Assembly (NCBI GenBank): GCA_043228905.1
Contig: JBHGNT010000006.1
Span: 8,432,001 to 8,496,000 of the forward strand
DNA from: Azolla caroliniana
Taxonomy: Eukaryota > Plantae > Polypodiophyta
Direction: 5' to 3'
Length of the DNA stretch: 64,000 bases
The position numbers and the translations under genes are program-made. The notes below the pieces were generated by a model. That model saw only the letters and a list, made by a program, of their open reading frames with translations. It made no database searches and had not been told where the DNA came from. How positions within the stretch are numbered: the stretch's first letter is position 1; each line of letters opens with the position of its first letter. Below are positions 1-10,002 of the stretch, piece after piece.

Positions 1-4
1 ACAT

Positions 5-720
5 CAATTAAATATTTGTCCTCTTCTAGAGCATGTGATAGGTTTCTAAATCTACAACAGCATAGTTAACCTAATGGAGCACCTAAAACTCGTTTAGTTG
101 ATCCTTTCTAAAGCATGTGCCTGATTCTAAATCTATGATAGTGAGATACCTACCATTACGCATGTCAATTAAATATTTGTCTCTTTTTAGTTCATGTCAG
201 GGGTTTCTAAATCTCCAATAGTATATTTAACCTAATTGAGTACTCTAAACAATACTCACTCTGTCGACACCTTGGTCTAGCTATTCTATTGGAGGAGAGA
301 AATGCCTCAAACTCCTTTCGTTGATCCTTTCTAAATCACGTGCTTGATTACCAAATCTACGATAGTGAGATACCTAAATTTGTGCATGTCGATTAGATAT
401 TTGTATCTTTCTAGAGCATGTGGTGGGTTTCTATGTCCACAATACCATAGTTAAACTATGGGAGTAGTTTTACGCAATACTCACTCTGTTGATACCTTGG
501 TCAAGCTACTCTATTGGACAAGTAAAATAACTCAAATTGTTCTAGTTGATCCTTCCTAAACACATGCCTTCTTCCCAAATGTATGATAGCAAATCGTGAT
601 GTAACAGATTGATCTGACAATAATAACTATAAACATATCTTGGTAAAGCTACGCTATTAGAAGAGTGAAACACCTAAAATTCCTCATGTTGATGAGAGAA
701 TGATCAATTGTACCTTTTGA
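5..720. repeat. Degenerate tandem repeat (units about 160-225 bp) in the intron following CASC3 coding exon 1
   Basis: The motif (t)caattaaatatttgtc recurs at ~5, ~166 and ~389. The motifs gttgatcctttctaaa, gatagtgagatacct and caatactcactctgt also recur in the same order. Confidence 0.75.
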
Positions 721-1023
721 AAGCACATGAGCAATTGATCGATTTATAAATCTACAAAAGATTAAACCACACATACAAATTCCACCTAAAGGATACAGTT
801 TTGCCAACTATAAGCATTCAAGAAAATAGAATAGTAAAGAGCATAGATATTAAATCAGTAACCTCTTTTGAAGATGATTATATGAAACAATAGAATTATT
901 AGAGATTTCTACCTAGTAGAGTCTAGATTGAATAATCCCCCAAAGAAGTAGCAAATCTAAAATGAGGATCAGACTAAATAGCAGTAACATCTATCAAAGA
1001 GCATCAAGGAGCCATGTACATAC

Positions 1024-1487
1024 CTCGTTCGAGTTACTCCATCAGCACGAAACCTATCGTCATGCATATAGAATGCCCCAGCAGTCGGAACAACAAAAGG
1101 TTCAGCATCTTTCTTCTCCTCTTCGCCCCGATCTTTGTTACTCTCTTTACCTTCCAAAACCCCCGTATCTTCTCGATGAAGCTTCAAAAGCTCTTCACCT
1201 TCACTAAAAACAACTTCATTTATTTCCATGTCATTGTCATGGGCGTACTGATCTTCTCCTTCTTCATCGTCATCTTTGTCATCATCATCTTCTTCTCTAG
1301 GTGGTGCCCCTTGGTTTTCTACTACATCTTCATTATAGTATGAGGTCCTTCTATGCCCATCTTCTTCATCATCACTTCCTGCCCTGCGGCGGAGACCTAA
1401 AGCACTAGTTCCTTCTTCACTATCACTCTCGTATAGTTCTTCTTCCTCAAAATCCTTCACTACTTCCCTCTGTTCATGGGAGTCCAT
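1024..1487 (-). CDS. CASC3: CASC3/Barentsz (Btz domain, eIF4AIII-binding EJC core protein), first coding exon; the remainder probably lies left of the window
   Basis: Acidic N-terminus followed by EPFVVPTAGAFYMHDDRFR, the plant Btz-domain signature. A GAG|GTATGT donor starts at 1023, so the ORF-track tail (969-1023) is intronic. A probable 5'UTR intron lies at ~1518-1731 (CAG|GTTTGG ... TGTAG). Confidence 0.88.
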
Positions 1488-1902
1488 AAATTCCTCTGCT
1501 GAATCTTCAAGAACCTACATGTCAATCATCCATGAATTTTTATGGAATGAAACGTTGTCTTCAAGAATTGTCTTTTTTTCATGAATGTTATGCATAAAGA
1601 TTTTTGCTGTTGATCAAGGGCTTCATAGTAAACCCTAATAATCTTAAGAATGCGTTAAAAGAAAAAACTAAACCAAAAACAACAAAAAAAAGGCAACGGA
1701 AAAAGTGAAAAAAGGCTTTTCTTTACCAAACCTGAACGAAGGTCGACGAGAGAGAAAGAGAATTCAATAAGCTAAGCGATGGAGAGTGATGATGAAAGCT
1801 CTCGCATAATATGAGCAAATGTCTCTTGCTTTTTTGCTGTTTTTGTTTTGTGTGTTTCAAGTCTGTCTTCTGTGTGAATAAAACTTAGAAAGGGCAGGCT
1901 GC

Positions 1903-1920
1903 GACTGACTGAGTGAGTGA

Positions 1921-1977
<57 letters not shown>

Positions 1978-2010
1978 TGAGTGAGTGAGTGAGTGTGTGT
2001 GTGTGTGTGT

Positions 2011-2044
<34 letters not shown>

Positions 2045-2076
2045 TGAGTGTGTGTGTGTGAGAGAGAGAGAGAGAG
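1903..2076. repeat. Compound microsatellite (GAGT)n/(GT)n/(GA)n upstream of CASC3
   Basis: Directly visible; explains the low-complexity ORF 1885..2139. Confidence 0.97.
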
Positions 2077-2250
2077 CCTAGATGGATGTAGCTCAGTTGG
2101 TAAGGTCATGGGTTCAACCCCTACATTCCACAGTGGCATCTAGTGAATTAGGAGATATATAAGAAGTATATAATAGAGAGGTGAGGAAGTTGGGTTTCAA
2201 ACCTAATACACAATGCTTGTAGTGCTAACAACTTACCACTAGGGTAAAGT
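2077..2250. other. Two convergent tRNA-like/SINE-head relics
   Basis: + strand TAGCTCAGTTGG (A-box-like, ~2089) and GGTTCAACCCC (B-box-like, ~2111). - strand CCCTAGTGGTAAG ... GGTTTGAAACCC (2244-2191). Neither gives a full cloverleaf. Confidence 0.4.
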
Positions 2251-2261
2251 AATTACGATAA

Positions 2262-3145
2262 ACAGATAGATAGATTATATTATCGTCTTCGGAGGTCAAA
2301 TATGACCTATGAGACCAAAAATATTACATTTCACGTGATACGTGTGAAAGTGAGTAGTGACTCTCGATGTTCAAGAACTTTACCAATGAATGTTGCAATC
2401 GAGAGTGCACATTGTGGTTGTGAGAGGAATTCATGCAAAGATTGGGCTTGATCGAAGAGATGTGGAAAGCATGGTCGAATATGATCAAAGGCAGAGCATT
2501 GTATCAAAGTGTGATACTCAGACTCGCGAACTTGTTTAGGGCAAAGTGTGCATAGCCGACCACTCTCATCACTTGTACCCCAACGCCCTGTTTCACATCG
2601 CAATGCATGTGAGCTAAGTCGCATGGAAGCAATGGTTCGAATGGCAGATAACGGTATGGGCTCTAACATGTATGGATGTGTACGATTTCCCCGTTCCGCA
2701 AAGAATATGGTTTTGTAGTTAGGTGCAACATGTGTAGTATAATGTGTGAAGCGTGAGCCTCCACATTTGTCCCATGTCATGATACATTGGCGTTGCAAAA
2801 ATGCCTCATTTACAGAGGAATTTAATGATGCATCATGAAGCAAGTGTCTCACATCCCATCTTCCAAACCATTTTTCTATATCTTGCATCCAACCGGAACA
2901 CAAAAATTTGCTTTTATGCGTCTTTTGGATCTTTTTGCTTGCTTCCCACGCAATTCTAGGAAGTCGAGTGAGGGACTTTTTTGAACCTTAAGCATGTATT
3001 CAACAACCCTTTCCATGGCCATGATCTCAATGGGAAGCGATCCCGTCTCAAGGAGGAGGGTGTAGGGTGTTTGTTTCTTAACTTGTAGAAACTTGGTAAG
3101 AAAATGCTTTTGGACATTTTCAAACTCTTTCCACATAGATTTAGG

Positions 3146-3148
<3 letters not shown>
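2262..3148 (-). mobile_element. 5'-truncated RTE-like LINE (ORF C-terminus, 3'UTR hairpin, (TATC)n tail)
   Basis: ORFs 2876..3136 and 2331..2903 (frameshifted) carry RLSSHALRCETGRW...CTLC...ESEYHTLIQC, a non-LTR C-terminal CCHC region. The 3' end reads GGTCATATTTGACC (hairpin) TCCGAAGACGATAATATAATCTATCTATC. Confidence 0.85.
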
Positions 3149-3193
<45 letters not shown>

Positions 3194-3246
3194 GTGAGAG
3201 AGAGAGAGAGTGTGTGTGTGTTTATGTGTTTATGTGTATGTGTTTA
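3149..3246. repeat. (GA)n then (GT)n/(ATGTGTTT)n microsatellite
   Basis: Directly visible. Confidence 0.95.
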
Positions 3247-5333
3247 TGTCTAACTACTACCAAAAATTCAAGAGGGCATGTGAGGGAATTGCAGGCGCGG
3301 ACGATGCATGTCGCACCGTTGATGGTGTGTACGATCTCCACCGTCCAATGTGGATAAAAAAGCTGACAGTGATTGTCACCAGGAGCTCGACTCTCCTGAC
3401 AGCCGCTGTCACCAGTAGCTTGACCGACTCAGGGCAGGAGCCCGACTTAGAAACAAACATCAAAAACTCCTAAAAATTGTAAGTGTACAACAAATATTTG
3501 CCATGAAAATGATGCATAAAATTACTCAAAAGAAAACTAAACTTCCAATTGCTCAAAACCTAAAACTTAAAACTCAAAAATCACACAAACTTATATCTCC
3601 GAGCTTCAAATAACAAAGCAACTTAAAGATTCAAATAACAAATCTTACATAAAAGATTAGAACGTCAAATGTTGACAAGGGGAATAATCCAAGCCTTGGA
3701 ACCCTAAAATGAAATATCATTACACACGTTACATATAACAAGTATGGCTCATGTCGTGCATCTCTTCGTAGTTTTCCAGTGTGGGACTTGGAAGTGTTTG
3801 GGGAGCTGCCAATAAGTTCTTGCGAGATGTCTATTGTTGCGCTTCATTTGGCACTGATTTGTTGGTTACGACTTATTGATCTGCCATCTTCTTCATTGGT
3901 TGATTTTGGTGCACCAACGTGATACACCTTCTTAGTCATAGCTTCCAATGTTTGTATACATTCCAAAATAGTTGCACAATCAAAGGTTCGAAACCCTTGC
4001 TTGAGACATTGAAGTCTTCCTTGGTCGTTTGTATTTTGGACTTCAATGATTCAATCTTTGATGTTGTGGGGTTTGTCTCCCCGACTCGGTCTACCTCTAC
4101 CTCCACTTCTATTTCTGTATTATGGTCCATTCGCATTTGGGTCGCATGATCTATAAAAGGCAACGAGCCACATAAATGTGGCATGTGCCTCTCAATAATC
4201 ATTCAGATACCAAGTAAATGCTTACATTTACTCGCAAGGTCTTGGCAATCACAATACGAGCATTGGAGTGAGATTATACGATAGAGTGGGAGTTGTCATG
4301 TTTACATGTCAAACCACACCAACCTCCTTCTATGTATTGCCAAACACCAGGCTTGTCTGCATATTCTACCTTTAACTCCTCCACATCGCATTGAATGCGG
4401 ATTCGGTAATGCATTGCATCAATTAGCACATTCGTTGATAAAGATGACTTCTGTCAGTTGCACTTACTTTTGGCAACAAGTTGTCCACCCATGATTTTTT
4501 GGTGTGAAATTGACACAACAAAAGTCGACAATGTGTTTGCGACCATTGCCCATTTACAACAATCCAAGATTGACGGTTTATTGCAACCACATTAGTTATG
4601 GCATTATATGATGTCCAACATTTATCAATCACTACAACATTTGGCCTCACCGTGGGCATCCTTGTGAATATGACTCTCAAGCAAGTTTCTAATGTGACTT
4701 GCTCATGGTTTGACCCCTTATCAGAACTATAAAACATGTACCATAATGGGATCCCAATTCCCATGGCGTTGGGGGCAACAACTACATATAATGGCGGCCC
4801 AAATTGGTTTGTTTTAAATGTCGAGTCGATTGCACAAGAGTTCTTTAGGGTCAACCGCTCACACATTTCCAACATCCATTGATCTTGAAGTATCAAGATA
4901 AATGGTTGTCTGGCGGGAGATCCTGGTTCACCAGGCAGGTAAGGTTGAATATTAGCCACTTTCCCAAGATCTCAGAGTGCATAGGCATCTTGCATCATCA
5001 AAGACCAATCAACCTTAGTCATGGCACTCCCGATTTTTAACCTATTTGCCATGTTATGGACCTCCTTTGGTATCATAAAGAACCTATACCTAACCAACTC
5101 TAATGGACTAGCCTTGGACACATGATATGCTTCCTTACGTATGCTCATTTGTGCCACATGCCTTGCACACCCAACATCAAATAGGTCATCTTTGCAACAA
5201 CTTATGACATTGGGGTGTGCTAGCAAATGGTACACATCTGACCTACTACATTGTCCATGACCACTATGAGGTCCATATATTGAAATGGTCAGTGTCTCAT
5301 TATCAACCCCGTCATTCATTCTAACGTCCACAT

Positions 5334-5478
5334 TGTTACGGGCATGACCATATGATATCCCGCGGTGAGAATTTATCGTAGTATTCTATACACATGGATA
5401 ACCCTCACACTTATCCACATGTATAGAATACTACGGTAAATTCTCACCACGGGATATCATATGGTCATGCCCGTAACA
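5334..5478. mobile_element. 145-bp palindromic MITE, TGTTAC...GTAACA ends, 5-bp TSD CACAT
   Basis: 68-bp arms (5334-5401 and 5411-5478) with 4 mismatches and a 9-nt loop. CACAT at 5329-5333 and 5479-5483. Removing it restores the transposase frame TFHVDVRM. Confidence 0.93.
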
Positions 5479-5534
5479 CACATGGAATGTACACCCACAT
5501 CGGGGTGTGCCACCTGCGTCTTCGAGTGGAATTA

Positions 5535-5758
5535 CTATCGTAGATGTAACCAGGACTTCCCAGGAGGTGACCCATCCCAATATTGTTCTGGCTGAAGCAC
5601 GCTTAACTTGCAATGCTTGAAGCATCTAGAAAACCACAAAAATCATGGCCGCATGTGATTTGTCAAGGTAGGTAGGAATGTGCTACACATCGATCCCCAA
5701 CAAGTGGTTGGCGGTTACCCGCAAGTGGATGGTATACCGATTGCAAACGTCACAACAT
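5535..5758 (-). mobile_element. 224-bp insertion carrying a 5S rRNA-derived segment (Cassandra-like or SINE3-like)
   Basis: - strand 5607-5552 reads GTTAAGCGTGCTTCAGCCAGAACAATATTGGGATGGGTCACCTCCTGGGAAGTCCT, matching the A-box to C-box part of plant 5S rRNA. It is flanked by a ~30-bp duplication of transposase sequence (5504-5534 and 5759-5788). Confidence 0.8.
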
Positions 5759-6898
5759 GGTGTGCACCTGCGTCATCGAGTGGAATTAGACGCAAGTCAA
5801 GATGTCCCAACACGATGACAACTATACTTAGTCACACGCATACCATTCTTGACTCCATTCCTTAAGCGTGTGTGATACGTGGTTTGCAAATACGTGAGCA
5901 CAACATCTAACTGGTGGGTTTCTACCTTGATCACTTGTATGGGTAGTGTCTTCATGTTATATTTGGCCATGCTCGATCCCAAACCTTCATTCGGGTCAAC
6001 CTTCGACACCGTTTGGCAACCACAACTTCTAATGAGTGCTTTTACGTACTCTGTTGCAATGCCATGATCACGTACATCAATCGTGTAATCCTACTTTAAC
6101 TCTTTAAGAGTCTTTGAAAATGTGTGATGGGATGCGTCACCATGTGACGCTAATACCACCTCCCTCCATTTCTCGACATATATTACTTGAAGATTAGGTG
6201 ATGCCTTAAAGTAGATTGCACTCTCATTCGCGAGTATGAAACGACTCTTCATGCGCCTCCATGCATGGAGATTGAGAGGTGCGCCCCTTTGAGACATCAT
6301 GTAATGCTTCTAATGTTACCTTAACTTGTCCCAATAAACCTTTAACCATCAAATCATACGTACCTCTTGAGAATGCAAAATACCTAGGGGAACAATACAT
6401 GAAGGAATCCACCGTCTCATCCTCACGATCAGAATTAGATGACTGAAAAGGCATCTCCAATTCGTTCTCAGATACAAACGATGTGTTGGACGACCATGAC
6501 ATATCCTCTGGACAATTCATCTTCTGACATGGAAAAGACACCATGATGCATTGTGCTCTCCATAGATGGTTGTGGTTGATTACTACGGTGATTGAAGTGA
6601 GTGAATACAATGTGATCAAGGATGCTAGTGATTTTAGAGGTGAATGAAGTGAATGTGAGTGATTATGCCAATCAATGAAGTGAATGAATGCCAGTGCTTT
6701 GAAGTTCAAATGAATTCAATGTGATCGATAATGCACATGAATGAATTGGATGATTTCAACTCTTCTTCAATTATTTAGTTCGAGAATGATTTCAACACTT
6801 CGAGAATGATTTCAGATCCTAGTGAATGATCGAGAATGCCAGCTCTTCATGAATGATTTTTGCGGTTTGACTATGATTGAGGTGAATGAACTCAGTGC

Positions 6899-6998
6899 NN
6901 NNNNNNNNNNNNNNNNNNNNNNNNNNNNNNNNNNNNNNNNNNNNNNNNNNNNNNNNNNNNNNNNNNNNNNNNNNNNNNNNNNNNNNNNNNNNNNNNNN
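6899..6998. other. Assembly gap (100 N)
   Basis: Run of n; true size unknown. Confidence 1.
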
Positions 6999-7146
6999 AA
7001 GAAGGCTTAGTCCATTATCTAAAACTCCTCGAGATCTGACTCCACATTGAATAAGATTCACATTGAGTCATATACAACCAAAATGAGATTCAAATATTGA
7101 ATCAAATTTGATATTACAAAATTAACCATATTGATATGGCCAAGAA

Positions 7147-7232
7147 TATACAAAAAAGGTTGGCGGCCTTGATTCCAAAATACAAAAAGGTTGGCAACCT
7201 TGGTTCCAGAATATATAGAAAAGGTTGGCAAC
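7147..7232. repeat. Three copies of a ~32-35 bp unit (AAAAGGTTGGCA/G core)
   Basis: Core at ~7154, ~7185 and ~7219. Confidence 0.75.
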
Positions 7233-8427
7233 CCACATTAGATGTTACAAAGTACAACTCCGAATGATTAAAATAACCCTAAGCCCCTGAGGCAGTATTA
7301 CACGAATGCCATGTGCCTTCTGTAAGTGAGCCTCCATCTCAGCTTTCTTGCGAAACCATCGTACCTCTTTTTTGCATGAATCTCCAACGATACATGTGCG
7401 ACATTCGATACCTGTCGAGTCTCTTCCACACTTGAAGAGGGACATAGGGTCCACTACAACATTGGTGTGACATTTGCATTAGAAAAACCCAATATATACT
7501 TACTTCAATAATGATTACAAGATGTACATTAGCTCACCATTTAGTTTGACATCTTCAACAAATGGCCCCATGTCGTGTATGGGGTTTGTATCCATGTTCG
7601 AGTCATTCATAGGCTTTTCAGTAATGATGTTTTCAGCATCCATATCGTTGGATTTGGGGCACCTTGCACCCTTTCTTACAAAAACCCTAAATCATCATTC
7701 AAGTTAGCACACAAACATCACTATTTATACACAATATATAGTTGAGAAATGATTAAGGCCATACCTCCCTTCATAGGGTATTGTTTCACCCCAATCCGCA
7801 TCAAAGTCTATGAAGGTCTTGGACTGAGTAGCCATTTGTACAAACCACATTCAATATTCAATAACCACCAATATGTCCATTGCATTCAAGTCTTCAAAAT
7901 TCACAATCCAAGCACACCGAGAAATCGTCAAATGCATGCAACAATTTTTTATTGATATAACTAAATAATTGGGAGGACACAAGTCCACATATAATAACAT
8001 CTGAAATATTCAATGGACAAATGTGGAACATGCAAGGTGTCTCCAATTGCATTTCGAATATGGCATATGAGAAGCAAGAAGAAAAAAAGGGATATAAAAG
8101 ACGCCCATAAAATCAGAGACACCACACAGACATGTTATTTGTGGTGATTCAAATACATTGCATATTAAAATGTTTGAAATATATCAAATTTCAAATCCTA
8201 CTTTGATTACAAAGCCTGTTGTGTCTAGAATCACGATTGAACCTAGTTCTCTTAATAAGATACTAATGTAGAGTGGAAGAATTCAAACATTTATAATATG
8301 GCACATGAGAAAAGCAAGCTTGCTTCCAACAACAAGAGAGAAAAGAAAGAGACATGAATGAAAGCCATACCATTATAGATGCCTAAGACAAACATGTTAT
8401 TTAAGGTCATTCATATTCATCGCAAAC

Positions 8428-8889
8428 TGTTGAGAATCAAGCTCAATCTAGCCTTGTGTGTGAACACACCCTTTGAGAATCTATGAGCATTCAAAGGTCA
8501 AAAGTCACACCATTACTCTCTACACATTAAGTTTTAAGTATGTGTCATAGAATCATATTCTATGACACATAACTAATGAGTTCCATATTCCCCATGACTA
8601 ATGAGTCTTCACATTCCCCAAGAGAGAGTGGTTATTGTAGTGGAGGTAATGAAGAGAGAGGGTGACCTTATATAAAGCACCCTCCTCCTACTTCATAAGG
8701 TGTCGGTTGTCCTCCCTTGTAATGCTACATTTTGTAATTGATATTCTACTTGTTAATATACAATCTTCTTGAGTATTCTATTTTTCATTCTATCTTGTGT
8801 TTCTCTTCTCACCTCTTCTCTCCTCTTTTACACACACACACATAACACACATCTCTTCCGATGCACATAATCATATATGATTCTTTACA
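8428..8889 (+). repeat. 5' LTR of Copia A
   Basis: TG...CA ends, TATA-like CTTATATAAAG at ~8667, followed by a tRNA-iMet PBS. Confidence 0.95.
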
Positions 8890-9574
8890 TGGTATCAGAG
8901 CGAGGTTGGTAGCTTGATCTAGCCCATTTGTGTGTGTTGTGTTCTACACCAACGTTCAAGAAGAACCGGCTCATCGCTATCGTAGTGCGACTACATAGCT
9001 CGTGTTCTTGAGAGAAGGAAAAGAAGAAGATCTTCATCGACAATGAATACTCAAATGGGGAGCGCTCTCCCTAGCGAGAAGTTGGATAGAAACAATTGAC
9101 AGGAACACATGCTCCTGATGAACAACGCTCAGCCACAATCGAGCTTAAACTCATAAAACACAGAAAAACGGGGAAAGAAGGCACAACACAGTGAGGAGAA
9201 GAGTACACAGGATGTTTACGTGGAAAAACCCAAATACGGGAAAAAACCACGGCAGCCCACAGACAGCAAACTATCACTATGTCAGAATGTACAAAATGGT
9301 AAAGCACCAAGGCAACGACCTCGAGCTTTCTATCTTCGCCACAGGCGGCGGTTACAACAGAGGCAACAAACTCTTCCTCTCTCACACTCTCTCTATACAC
9401 AGTTGTGCACTCTAATCTTGCGCCAACAATCACAACAAAATCACAGACATATATTTACAACAGTTTGCCCTAAGTCATATTTATACTAAAAGGACTTTTC
9501 GGCTATTTACAAATATAGCCACGATGGACTCTCAGAAACATATTTACGAATATGTCTCTTTATCCGGTGAGCAC

Positions 9575-9973
9575 TCCTCACCGGGCCTGCATCATCCGGC
9601 GCTTGCCGAGTACTCGTCATCCGGTTCTCACCGGGTCTGCGCCATCCGGCTCTCCGTAGCCGGGTACTCTTCATCCGGTTCTCACCGGGTCTGCACCATC
9701 CGGCTCTCCGTAGTCGGGTACTCTTCATCCAGTTCTCACCGGGTCTGCACCATCCGGCTCTCCGTAGCCGAGTACTCTTCATCCGGTTCTCACCGGGTCT
9801 GCACCATCCGGCTCTCCGTAGTCGGGTACTCTTCATCCAGTTCTCACCGGGTCTGCACCATCCGGCTCTCCGTAGCCGAGTACTCTTCATCCGGTTCTCA
9901 CCGGGTCTGCACCATCCGGCTCTCCGTAGCCGGGTACTCTTCATCCGGTTCTCACTGGGTCTTCACCATCCGG
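9575..9973. repeat. 54-bp CCGG-rich tandem array (~7 copies) in the 3' LTR of Copia B; ~3 copies in the 5' LTR (~14525-14704)
   Basis: Unit CCGGTTCTCACCGGGTCTGCACCATCCGGCTCTCCGTAGCCGGGTACTCTTCAT. The LTR length difference of 221 bp equals 4 units plus a 5-bp indel. Confidence 0.95.
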
Positions 9974-10002
9974 AGGGATCTGTTTCCTAACAAACTCCCC
10001 CT

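Larger units (their letters stand above)
3900..6560 (-). pseudogene. MULE transposase pseudogene: HHCC-like motif, FAR1/WRKY-type Zn DNA-binding domain, DDE core, SWIM finger
   Basis: AIDSTFKTNQFGPPLYVVV...VVIDK...LLCQFHTKKSW (MULE core, 4423..4959). YCDCQDLASKCKHLLG (SWIM, ~4205-4260). YSCHRVG...RCTPRCGCTFHV...HSGH is restored after removing two inserts. Multiple stops and frameshifts. Confidence 0.85.

Noticed and set aside
1014-1343. Hydrophobic membrane-protein ORF on +
   Set aside because: Antisense shadow of the acidic GAA/GAT-rich CASC3 exon.
2085-2130. Functional tRNA gene
   Set aside because: A and B boxes are only ~10 nt apart, with no anticodon arm.
5552-5607. Functional 5S rRNA gene
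   Set aside because: Only about half of the molecule, substituted, lacking the 5' part and a T-run terminator.
9575-9973. CRISPR-like array
   Set aside because: Contiguous tandem units without unique spacers, in a eukaryotic LTR, with no cas genes. The same applies to 19747-19872 and 62835-63205.
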